Shown here piece by piece: positions 23,701 to 35,824 of a stretch of 64,000 bases of DNA. Location of the stretch: assembly GCA_051294375.1 (NCBI GenBank), contig CM119271.1, forward strand, positions 6,945,632-7,009,631, in the 5' to 3' direction. The translations under genes were made by a program, and so were the position numbers. Numbering within the stretch: the first letter of the stretch is position 1; each line of letters opens with the position of its first letter. This DNA comes from Paraspadella gotoi. Taxonomy: Eukaryota; Animalia; Chaetognatha. The notes beneath the pieces are model-generated. The model was not told where the DNA came from and did not search any database. It worked only from the letters and a program-made list of their open reading frames with translations.

Positions 23701-26316
23701 TCACATTTGGGGAAAAATTGTGTTGCAATGTTATACAATGTTTTACACATATACAATGATAGACAATGCTTCTTTTCAAAAAACCTAGGGCAACCAGGCA
23801 TCGATTCTCCGACCAAACTTGGAGTAGGAGAAGAGCCAGTGGTGTATTCATATGAAGCAGTGATGCAGCAAGAAGTCCGTTACACGAGGCCGGTCATAAT
23901 ATTAGGTACTTCTTTTAGTCGGGAGAATTAAAGAATTTATCAATCAAATTTACTTTCATACCTGAATTTCGTAGGTCCCATGAAGGACAGAATCAACGAC
24001 GACTTGATATCTGAGTATCCCGACCAGTTCGGTTCCTGCGTGCCGCACACAACGAGACTCAAACGCGATTACGAGGTAGACGGGCGAGATTATCACTTCG
24101 TCGCCTCCAGGGAACAGATGGAGAGGGATATTCAGGTACCAATTCTGTTATCGGTCCACTTCTCTACGGCTCCGCTAGTCTTTTGTTTCGACTCCATTGT
24201 TTGGAATTCTATTGGATGGAACATGTAAATGCAATCATTTGTAATGATTTATTGCAGATGCACCTGTTTATCGAAGCCGGCCAATACAACGATAACCTTT
24301 ACGGGACTTCCGTGGCGTCAGTTCGCGAAGTCGCCGAAAAGGGGAAGCACTGTATCCTGGACGTGAGCGGAAACGCCATCAAGCGGCTCCAGATTGCCGG
24401 CCTTCACCCCATTGCCGTCTTCATCAAACCTAAATCCGTCGACTCGATCATGGACCTTAACAAAAGGATCACCGAAGATCAGGTACCATTTCTTGTTCAT
24501 CTCACCCAAATCTATCCTTTAATTTACTTTAAACTTTTAAAAGTGAGTGATTTGATTTTTGTACCATTTTTTTATTTTATCACAAGCGCAAGCGATTGCA
24601 AAGATTTTGGGACGATGGTCCCAATAAACGTAGTTGTCGGCGTTCAAAATTTATACATATACATTTATAAAATTAACTATAGATAAATATAGATCGCTTT
24701 ATTATAAAAGTGTGCTATTGTATGAAGCTGAAAATTGAGATATAGCTTCTCATCATCAAGGTCTTTCAAAATTGATAATTTCCTAATGATCCTGATATTT
24801 TTGAAATATTTAGTAGCTGAAACATTTTATAAAAATTATTATGCAGATATTTTTGTATCATTATAGGTCTCTCTCTCTCTTTTTTTCTCTTTCTCTCTCT
24901 CTCTCTCTTTCTTAGTCGCGGCCTCTTCTGATTCATCCAAAAACGAGTTGAGCTCTGCAGTGGCTGGAGCTAAAAGTTATTCGTCTCTCTCCCTTACTCC
25001 TACTCTCTTTTTCCCCTCTGATTATTGTATTTAATTTGTTTCAATATAAAATTTAATTAATTATATTAATATAATTTAAGAATTTATGTATTTTTTTTTC
25101 AAATTTTTTTTTTCAAATCATCCCATTATGGTGGACTAAAATCCACCAACCGTTCATCAGCGGGTCATTGGTGCCGGAGGCAAGTCATTCGCCTCCCAAC
25201 CCAAAGGTCCGGGTTCTAGCCTGGTGGCCGCCTAGCAGTTAAGAGGGACGGGGCGCTTAACCCGCCTGTAACATGGTGTTACAGCCTGATCCGAAGCTCA
25301 GGGACTGCTTATATTGAACGGTTCTATCACTAACTCATAACAATAATTACTGTCTCTTCATTGGTGAGCCCGACTTCCGAACACAACAGCAACAACAACA
25401 CTTTCAGGCGACATGCCTCAACCTGGCGATGCACTTTCCGCCCACAACACATCAGGCGACATGCCTCAACTTGGTGACGAACTTTCCACCAACAACAACA
25501 ATTCACTGAAGAGACGCAACAGACTTCTCCCTACGGGAGGGGGGATGTATGGTGGTCTAAAATCCACCAACCGTTCATCAGCGGTCATTGGTGCCGGAGG
25601 CAAGTCATTCGCCTCCCAACCCAAAGGTCCGGGGTTCTAGCCTGGTGGCCGCCTAGCAGTTAAGAGGGACGGGGCGCTTAACCCGCCTGTAACATGGTGT
25701 TACAGCCTGATCCGAAGCTCAGGGACTGCTTATATTGAACGGTTCTATCACTAACTCATAACAATAATTACTGTCTCTTCACCATCTCATTTTTTGTTAA
25801 AGCTTTAGCTATGACTAAAAGAGCAAGATATAGTCATTGACTATATATCTTGCTTTTTTTGTGTCTGCTTGTCCATCTGTCATTGCATATTTCTTTTGTT
25901 TCTATATATTATATATTAAGCTAAGTTTGTTATATATATTTTTTGAGTATCAAAGTTTGTTATTTTCTGATTTTTACAATGCGATTGCGACGATCTTTAT
26001 GCTTTTAAAAATTTTTATTAAAAAAAATTGTTATTATAATAAACATGTTAATAATATGGACATTAGACACCCCACAAAACGAATACTATGTACTATTGAA
26101 TAAGTTTAGTTTTTCAGACACACAGGAGAACTTATTTTTTTTCCTTAGGCGCAAAAAACGTTCGAAAGGGCGTTGAAGCTGGAACTAGAATTTGGAGATT
26201 ATTTCACGGCCATCGTTATGGGCGACACTCTTTCGGAGATTTACGAGCGGGTGAAGCAGGTCATTCGAGACCAGAGCGGTCCCACGATCTGGGTTCCCGC
26301 TAAGGAAAAACTCTAG
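17752..26316 (+). CDS. DLG1: Discs large MAGUK (L27, three PDZ, SH3, HOOK, GK), many exons
   Basis: [16 protein letters not shown] (L27); GLGFSIAGG in two PDZ domains and [10 protein letters not shown] in the third; [10 protein letters not shown] (SH3); [25 protein letters not shown] (GK); ends [12 protein letters not shown] at 26316. Confidence 0.96.
19160..19434 (+). repeat. Roughly 270-nt T-rich polypyrimidine low-complexity intron
   Basis: Almost entirely T/C runs between two DLG1 exons. Confidence 0.85.
24867..24912 (+). repeat. (CT)n microsatellite
   Basis: Interrupted TCTCTC runs. Confidence 0.8.
25127..25781 (+). mobile_element. TRIM (non-autonomous miniature LTR retrotransposon) with a tRNA-like segment in each LTR
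   Basis: Near-identical direct repeats 25127-25360 and 25546-25781 (the second runs TG...CA); PBS TGGTGAGCCCGAC at 25362-25374; polypurine tract GGGAGGGGGGA at 25535-25545; 4-bp TSD CCAT at 25123-25126 and 25782-25785. Confidence 0.88.
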
Positions 26317-27654
26317 TCCTCAGATTGTTTTATCTTTCTCTAAATAAAGACACGTACCTTGTTGGCGAATCTTAGCTTTACTGGAATGGAACGAACTTGC
26401 CTGCATATTAAATCGGGGAATTGCCTGCGGTGGAAGCGAAAGTCCTTACGTTTAATACTATCTTGCAATATTTTTTTTGCGTCAAACCAAATTACTAGAC
26501 CAGTTATCCTGTCATTGTTTTAGTTTTGGGTTTAGTTGACGGGAACGTTTGTGATCTCATTTTGTCACCATTTGTATTCAGTAAGAGTGCCATAAACATG
26601 ACAACATTCATACTATCTTTATGATTATTTTTGATGTGCTCTGAGTGTATTTTGACCAGTGATTTTATTTTGGCAGAAGCCGTGTTGCTTCTTTTAGTAA
26701 ATTTCAGTCTCTGAGATGTATGAATTTCTGTCATCATCAATTTGAGCTAAATGTCGAAAGTAGAACAAAACAAATACTATCATTTTATGAAAAATGTAAT
26801 TGACATACATAGACATCATTAGGGGCCTATGTAATTTCTTATTCAGTAGTTTTCGTTATTAGGGTCTTCCTTTCAAGAATTATACTTCGTGATCAGATGT
26901 AAACTATTTTAAGTCTGTCTGAGCTCAAACTCCATAAATTGTATCATATTCATCATGCTGCCATTCCATTAATTTCTTTTCTCTAATGAGTTTTTTTCAT
27001 TTACTTTCGTCGATTGTGTCGCATTGGGCTTTCAACTGTTTTAGGATTATTTCGCTCCTTTTATTTTCCTGACACTATACTGTTATTTTCTACTGATTTT
27101 CTTTCTCCTTATTTTGTAATTAAAATTTTCTAGTATTTGTATTTCCTTGATATATACTGACACATGGCACAAAATTTTCTCATGTCGATATTTTATAAGA
27201 TTCTGACGGGTGCCATAAATATATACGCTATTATTTCTCCTAAACTGAGCATTGAGCAACGAAATAATAATAATTCGAAACTTTCATGTCAAACCTCTGG
27301 GGAATTTAGAATTTTTCAAGTCCAATTTCTATAATCAATACTTATTAAAAAAAATATGATCTTATGAAATTGGTACAACCATTTGTTTGTTTGTTTAGCG
27401 GTTTTTAGTGAAAGAGAAACCTAAAACTAGCTCTAGTTTTTCAGTGTAGTAAAGTTTATATTTATTCTACAAATGATAGTAAAAACTACTACACTTCTGG
27501 ATTTCTCCCACTGTAAACTTGCTGAAATGACGTGGGCCCTGATAAATAGTTGACGCGCTTTCGTTTGGGCTAAATAACATTTGGCTTTTTATTATTTCAT
27601 TTACGGTGAATCTGAACTTCTTTTTTCATTAATTTATCTACTTGAAAATTTCTG

Positions 27655-28335
27655 TAGGGTAGTGCGGGGTAATTCGGAACATTTTTTGAAGTAATCAAAT
27701 TTTTCGCCTAGCAAATATATTTTGAATAAAATTTTTTTCTGGTGATATATCTAGGAAAGTTTCCCCGCTACAGGTTGAGGCAGTCGTTTTTATCTTGCGA
27801 CCTCTTGGGGTCACATTTTTAAAAATATTGAAAATTGTTAGATTTTACCCCACCTGGGGTAATTAGGAACAATTAGATTTATTTCTGCAATAATAATAGT
27901 ATAATTATTATTACTTAGTAAATTATCACTAACACGTTATAAAATGAATGAGGTAACTCAGAGCACTGACTTTAGAGGTGTTCCGTTTTACCCCAATTTA
28001 ATTGTAGCTATGTAATAAATGTACTATTTTTTCAAAATACTAACTAAAAGTTAGTAGTCTCGTCTATCATATATATTGGTTGTACCAATTTTATATTAAT
28101 ATTCAATAGTCATATTATATCAGATATGACTGTGACACAGGATTATAAACGACTACTCATACAAAATTTAACTAGCAACTTTGAAATTTGCTATAACTTT
28201 AATTATGGAAAGTCAAGTTGGGGAAATATTAATGCACCAAAAAAAATTATAAAAGATTACTACACAATTTTTTTTATTTAATTTTTTATGTCAGAGTTTC
28301 GTATTACCCGTTCCAAATTACTCTGCACAACCCTA
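27655..28335. mobile_element. MITE (non-autonomous DNA transposon) with about 26-bp TIRs
   Basis: TAGGGTAGTGCGGGGTAATTCGGAAC (27655-27680) matches the reverse complement of 28310-28335 at 22/26; internal copies of GGGGTAATT.GGAAC; terminal TA on both sides. Confidence 0.75.
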
Positions 28336-29283
28336 TAGAATTAGCTCATCTTTAAATTTGAATTAAATATTTGAGTCATTTTTATTAAAAGCAAGTTTTA
28401 ACTTGTGCGAATGTATGTTTTTACAGTCCCCTGGCCTAAATAAGCATTATTAAACAACTGAAACTAATTCAAAATAATCTATATATTTTTATTTTTGTTA
28501 ATTTTAGTTCTTTGACTTTTTGATTTATTAGCTTTTATGGCTGGGTCTTTTCAAAATATACGAGTTTATAATTTTAGTTTATTTACTATGATTAATATTG
28601 ATATTTTGGACTTATTGTCAATTTTTTGTTGTTAAGCGAAACGATATTAATAGGTAAGTTTAGTTAAGATTGCCAGCATATGCAATCATATATTTTGTTT
28701 TTAAATGTAGAGAAGGGTTTAGTTAAATTTAATGCTTATATTTTTTATAATTTTGTCAAGAGGGATGTTTTACAGCGAAAATACAAATAGTTTAACATAA
28801 TTTTCGGAGAAAATGCAGCGCTTTGTCAGTTTTTTATTTATTATTTTTTACTTAGATTTCTACATTTTTACGCACTAAAATGTGTGTCACAGTTTTACAT
28901 TTGTATTGTGTTTATTCAGTTTTATATCATGTTGTAAAACTTACAATTTGCAAAAACTTGCAGTTATCGTAAATATATGCCGTTAAAATGCTGTTTGTAA
29001 ACCTTATATATCTATATCTACAGTTTGACCTGTAAAATCCCCTTAGTTGAATCATTAAACAACGTGTTAAAGTGTTTTATTTTACCTTGCATGCTTATAA
29101 AGGCCTACAGCTTTGCATATAAAATACCATGGACCTAAAAAAATGTACATCCTATGGACCGGATTTAAAATTCATTTTACCCTGCGTTTTAAAAATAATC
29201 GATAAAAGATGATTCTTGAAATTCAAACGTGATTTGGTCTCCATTTTCACTCGTGGGATCTCCGACCTATTCATTATCGTGCG

Positions 29284-32200
29284 ATGGATTTCGTTCCGGG
29301 CGCAGATGTCCAATCGTTGATGGCGGCGCTGTTGCCGCATGAAACGGGAAAAGCTGGCGTCGTTGATTTGGTCAGTCTTACTGATTCAGGCCATCATCAG
29401 CTCCTCTTTACGGAAAGAAGAACTCCGGGCGATGAAGCTCAGGATTTTATCACTGGTGTGTTCTTTTTCGATTTTGTTATCTTTTAGGAAAAAATTACTA
29501 CTATTTTTTTTACATAACAGATGTGGAGAACGGCTTGAGCGACAACGATGAATCACTTCTCGTGAAGTCACCTTTACAAGTGGAGTCTTCGGGATACTTG
29601 ATTTTAGACAATTGCGGGATGTTGAATGAGTCGACTTCTTTACAGCCCGGCGATGGTGAATCCTCCAAGTCAAAAGAAGGTCCAGTTACGATCTCTCTGC
29701 TCCAACTAGACGAACAGCTCCAGCAACTGTTGTTGGAGTTTGCGGCCTCGCAAAATGGAGACTCGGTGACTTTAACGGTTGAAGACGCTGGTAGCGGCGG
29801 CACAATAGACATTGTTTACTATCCGGCGACGCAGTCTGTCGTGATGGAGTCCAAAAAATTGGCAGAGGAAAACTGCGTTGTGGATCTTGTCCCTAACACC
29901 AATGTCAATTCCAACGTGGCAGAAAGCCAATTTGCAAGCTTTGATCCCGCCGTTTCTGATTCTGTTGCTGACGGCGTCGCTTACACTGTCTCGAATGGCG
30001 ACGCCACCAACTTCGTGAAACAAAACGTTATCTCTCTCTCAAAGTCCGCCGAGAAAACCATCGCTACATCCGTCAATTCCTCTGTGACTACTTTGGGAGA
30101 TACCTCTGAGGATGGTGGTACCAGCGTTCCTCCCCCTAGGCCTGAGGAAGCCGATAAAAACGTGATGGGATCTTCGTCCTTCGAACCCGCGACGAACGAA
30201 AATTTGGAAGGCATCGACGCCTTGGCCGAAATATCTCGGGACATGGACCAAACCGCCGCCGTCTCGCTTGCTTGCGATATGTACCGAAAGTATCGCCTTC
30301 CTCGTCGTAAGCACATCCTTCGCAAAATTTCCAAAGGCAAAGAACTTAGCAACTTGAGCGCACCCCAGCCTTATCCGGAGCAAAACGATCCCGGCGTTGC
30401 GCCCACCTTTCAGAATTATTGCAAGGGCGTTTATAAGATCGACTTCGCCATGATCGCGGAGCGTATCGAGTCTGAGCTTAACTATTACGGGATCAACCAG
30501 GCCACCTTCGCCCACTTTGTGTGCCAACGGAGTCAAACGCGATTCTCCGAACTGCTGACGGAGGCGCGGACTGAAAACTATTATTGCCGCAGCAAAGGCG
30601 TCTTCGAAATCTACCGCCGCATGGAATCGTGGCTCAAGCAACCTTTAGAAGAAAGGATAAAGTGCTACAAACAATGGCTACAGGAGCGAGGTCATGGCAG
30701 CAAAAAGAAGGGTGTTATCAAGAAAAGCTCTTTGGCCCTCGCGATAAAACGTTGCTCTAAGGACCGACCTGCCGTGGATCGCGAGCAGGAAGGCGAGGAA
30801 GAAGAAAAGTCGATGGGCCGAGTATCCTCATTGCTACTAGACGATTTCGGTCAATTCGTTCAAATCGTTGAAGAAACGGATGACGCAGACTGCAGCGATG
30901 ACGATCCCAATTTGGCAAAAGACGTCGGAGCGACGAAGGAAAAGGAAGATTCTACCGAAGACGTCGAGATATCCGATGTAGATCAAGAGGAGGCGATAGA
31001 TTATTTTAAAAACTTTGCCTACATGGCTTACGATCTGGAGGACGAGTTGAAGTGGTTCAACGTGAGTCGCGAGTTATTCTCCCGCGGCGTCCTCGGAAGG
31101 TCCAAGAGTCGATTCAGCGAGATCATGGGCGAGGCTAAGTTGCAGCCATTTGCTTGTAAAAGCGCCGCCGTTATTCAAAAAATTGAAAAACTGTGCGAAT
31201 GGATGTCGAAATCGTTGGAGGAAAGGGGCTCGAGATATTTGGAATGGAGGCTGGATGCGAAAAAAGCCAGCTCGTTTAGGGAAGAACCTGAATCGGATAA
31301 CAAAATGGCGCCGGTAAACATTTTGACGGAATCCGGAGAGATTTTTCAGGTCGAAGGAATTTTAAAATCGTTGGATAAGGAAGAGAACAAGGACTCTGTA
31401 CCGAGTCCCTTTCAGAAGGAGATCTTAAAATCGCAAATAGACTTTCGGACAATCGCGCTGAGATTGGAGAAAGAACTAAAAGCTTATGATGTGGGTCTTT
31501 CTCTGTTCATGCGTAACCTTGTTCCGGATATTACCATCGGTGCCTTTTCACAAATGTTGCGCGACGCCAAATCGCCCAACTTCGTTTGCAAGCGGCGGAC
31601 GACTTTGGATAAGTTCAAGACAATAAGTGATTGGCTGAATCAGAGCGAATACGAAAGGGTGCAGACGTACAAGATGTGGAAGGAGCCAGATGCAGAGCCT
31701 CCGAGGCAGCTTTGCGTTGCGGCGTTGGAGGCCCGGACCATCGCCCAGGAGGTTCTTAAGGAGCTTGTCGAGAATGAGTTGAGTCAGAAAGAATTCGCTC
31801 TTAATATCCTCGGAATGCCTTCTGCGATACTCTGCATGCTTTTGCGCAAAGCCTCCGAGGATCTCTCCGACGTCACGGCTCCTAAATCAGTTAAAGCTCT
31901 TCTCTGCATGAAGGATTGGATGGAGCTTGGTGAATCCGAGCGCAAGATGACCTACGAAACTTGGAAGAGACACTCCAATCCCAAAGGGAATTTGATAAAA
32001 AGATACGGACGAAATATTAGGCAATTTATCGAGACTTCGATCTTGGAAGAATCTCCAGGCGAAATGGAAAATACCAGTTCGCCCGTAAAAATTTTAATGG
32101 ATGAAACCGACGATGATCAGAAGGATGTGGCCGTTGTAGGTCTCGTTCAGTTGATAGAGCATAATCTGTACAAACGCGATGGCAGCTTGAATTACCAAAA

Positions 32201-35200
32201 CATCGGGACGATGATTCAGCAGGATATCGACTTGTTCAAAATTGATCTCGAAGAAATCGCCACCCAGGTCGTCGGCAGGGGCGAAAAGACCTTGGGCATT
32301 CTATTAAATCATGCGAGGGACACGAACATTTCCTTCTCCTATGGTAAAACCATCGACACCTTCCAGGTTCTAGCGGAATGGCTGGAAACAGGCCTGGAAG
32401 AACGGCTTCTTTTATATTCTCTTTGGGACAAGAAAGATCGATCCAGCCTAGTCATTCACATTACTCAAAGCGTTCATTATGAGCAACCGCCGTTTGAGTT
32501 CGAAATGGATCTCATTTCTCTGCAGGATTTAATCGAGGACGACAACGATCATTATTTTTGGCAACTGATGCGTCACCTGGAAATAGACCTTGAAGAAAAG
32601 AATTGCATCACGCCCATTTTCGCGCAAAACTTTTTGAAAATATCGACTTACACGTCGTTCGCTGCCGTCCAGAGACTCGCTCGTCGTTTCCTTGCCCGTG
32701 ATAACCAAGACGCCCTCTCTACCTTCAAATTGATCTCCGAGTGGTTTCGCTTGTCTGACGAGGAGCGTACTTCACTGTGCCACGACTGGATGCGCGACCG
32801 AGTGGATGTTCTTTGGCGGAAGAAAGTAATTGATCTCCGCGAGAGAATCGTAGCAAGGAAAGGTGCGGCCTTAGAGGATGATCTGCCTCCAATCCCTTCG
32901 CACACCGTCCTCGTGCCTAAGATCCGTCGGGGCCGGCCGCCTCGTTGTCAAGAGGATCCTCCAGCTGAAGCGAACGAGTCTCTGTCGTCAGAAACGACCA
33001 AGGGGGAAGGGGACAACAGAGATGGTTCTGCGGTCGAGCTTTCGACTGCACAAGCTGTTGATCAAGGTGTCCAGCCAGCCTCCGAGTCAAGCGACGAAAC
33101 AGCTGACGAGCCGGCGGTTTCCTTTTTCGCTTCCGGCCGTCCTCGAAGAAAGGCAACGAAGATTAACAATTATAAAAAGATGCAGGATGGTGGTCTGGAT
33201 CTCGATGAGGATGATCAAGACGAGAGCGACATCAAATCCCCGGGAATCGATTTCGTCGCCGAGGAATTCCCCCGCGAAAAACCGGCGATGAAGAGGCGCC
33301 AAAGGGAAAAGAATTACTCGAGAAAAGTCGAGTCCACAGCGAAAAAAGCCAAGACTCCCGAAACTATCTTCGTCAATGAAAAGGGAACAGTCACCTTTAC
33401 CACAGTCGACGGCAAGCAAGTGTTGTTGGTGATGCAAAGAAAGGATGCTTCAGCTGACCTGGATGTCGCCCAAAACGATCTAAAGGCCACGATATTGGAG
33501 GACGAAGTCGAAGAGGATAGAGTGGAATCGCCACGACCTCCCGACTCAGTCGAAAACGTCAACGGCTCTGAAGAAAACGAAGAAGTCGTTCCTCAATCTG
33601 AAATGCCCAAATTTTCCTGTCACTCTTGTGAAAAAAAATTTGATAAAATTTCCGACCTTCTCGGTCACGTGAAACAACACTCCGTCCCGAAAAATTACTA
33701 TTGTCATCTCTGCAACTCGAGTTTCGTTAATTTGAGTGGGCTGAAGAAGCATCGCCGCATCAATTGTGGTCGAAGAAAAAACTTGTTGACGCGGAGTAAG
33801 CTTTCGAACTCGTTGATTCCCAATCGAAAACTTTTTAAAAGTTATCCGTGTGCGAAGTGCGGAACGATATTTCCTCGTGCCTCGACCTTAAAGGAGCATC
33901 TCGGCCGAGTTCATAATGTCGCTCAGGTGTCCGCTCAAGAATCGGCGAGACCAAATTACGATGGCGATGAGGTTGTCTTCTCAAAGCCGCAACAGTTAAC
34001 GAGCGTTGGAACGGCGGACTCGGTTACTAACACGGACGTAGATTCGGGGAATGTCGATTCGAATCTTGATTTGCATAATGGAATCGAGCTCCCAAAAGAG
34101 AACCCTCAGAAAGAGTCAGTGCATTCTTGCAAAATTTGCGGAAAAGTTCTTGCCACGCGGATGGGTCTGCGCGGTCATGTGGTTTCCGTCCACAAAAAAC
34201 TAAAGCTCCAGTCTTGTCCCGTTTGTAAAAAGACGATGAGTTCTTCACAAAATATGAAACGACATCTTAGAACCCACACAGGGGAGAAAAGGTTTCAGTG
34301 CGACGTTTGCTTACAGTTTTTTACCGAAAAGAAATCCATGCAGGTTCACCGACGCCTTCACACGGGCGAACGACCGTACAAATGTGAGTCTTGCGGTAAA
34401 ACCTTCGTCCAGAGTGGCACTTACCTAATTCATAAAAAAACTCACGAAGAGCAAAAAAAATTTCGGTGTGAGAAGTGTTACAAGTTTTTTAAAACTAATC
34501 GACACTTGAAAAACCATTCGCGCTACCACGACATTCCCGACTCGGCCAGGCCCTTTCAGTGCGTCACTTGCCCCAAAGGCTTTTTTTCCAAAGACGATCT
34601 CGGTCGGCATAAAGTCACACACTTTGATAAAATCTCTTTCGTCTGCCACGTTTGTCACGAGTCATTCCCGGAAAGGGACAAGTTACTCATTCACATGGCT
34701 TCTCACTCGGAAGCCGTTGCGCATTGTGATATTTGCGGCGTTCAGTACCAGGACTATTTGAATTTTTTGAGCGTCGTCAAACACAAAAAGTCTCATGGAG
34801 TAGTTTACGTCATCGGCGACCTGGAAAATGTTCCTGTGACGAACTCGTTATTTCCCGAAGTCACTCAATTGTTCGATAGTGACACGTCGAAATTGACCCA
34901 AGTGGGCGCGACTGACGTGTTTGCCAATGACGGTTGTTCAATTCCATGGGATTGCAGTCGGACTAACGATTCTTTGGTGACAGAATTACCGGCTGTTGCT
35001 CCATCGACGACTGTGATAGAGCAACTGGATTCCGAGGTTTTTACTGTTCAAATGAGTGACGAAGTGACGTCGCAACTCAATGACAAACTTCAAAATGCTT
35101 CTGTGGATGTATGCTTAGGAAATGAGCTAACTGACTTGTCTCGCTTTGTCACCGTGCAGGACGCCAGTGGACAAATTTTCAATGTTCAACTGGACGATAA

Positions 35201-35300
35201 TCGGCTTCTTCCTGATTTTTTACCCTCGAATTCTAATTTGGCTGAAGACGGGATCAGTTCCGAAAAAATATTACAGGGACAAGAAATAGCTTTTTTTTAG
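29284..35300 (+). CDS. Large transcription factor with about six CUT-like domains, an AT-hook and about 11 C2H2 fingers (exons 29284-29455, 29521-35300)
   Basis: A phase-1 intron joins the ATG exon to the 1925-codon ORF; repeated CUT-like units; RRGRP AT-hook; HTGEKRF and HTGERPY linkers. Confidence 0.85.
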
Positions 35301-35824
35301 TATTTTATGTTTTGGTCCATGAAATCACTTGAAAATTCGAGATTCAATATTTTTTTTAATTAATTCAATAAATTTTGAAGAACCGTAAGGTAAAAAGCTT
35401 TTCGTCTCAAAAGAACGATATTTGATAATAAATACTTACAACAATAGAAAATGTCCGTGTTGCTAGGTAAATATTCTTGATAGGTAAGTTCAAATTATAT
35501 TTTTGTTTCAATTCCAGTCTTCAGGTGGTTTTTAAAAAGTTAGCAGCATTAAAGGAATTTAATGGTATAATTAGAATTTCAAGTCGTAGAACCTCAGTAT
35601 TAAAATTTTTAAAAAATTGATTAATCCTACAATACATGTGTTTTAACTTAAGCGAATTTGTGCTGATTTCTTTTTTCATATTAGTTTACAAAATGTTTTA
35701 TACGAATCATTTGCTTTGTTATTGCATTATTTATTTGACACCATTTTTTAGGTCACGTCGGTAGTTTGAAGCGGCATGCCAATCGATTTATTGTCGTGAG
35801 AGAGGCAAATGATTCTCGCTCCAA

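Noticed and set aside
25160-25232. tRNA-Gly(CCC)-like sequence as a real tRNA gene
   Set aside because: The anticodon stem and T-loop are degenerate and both copies lie inside LTRs; treated as part of the TRIM.
25413-25640. 75-aa ORF inside the TRIM
   Set aside because: It spans a short tandem repeat and the LTR and shows no gag or pol similarity.
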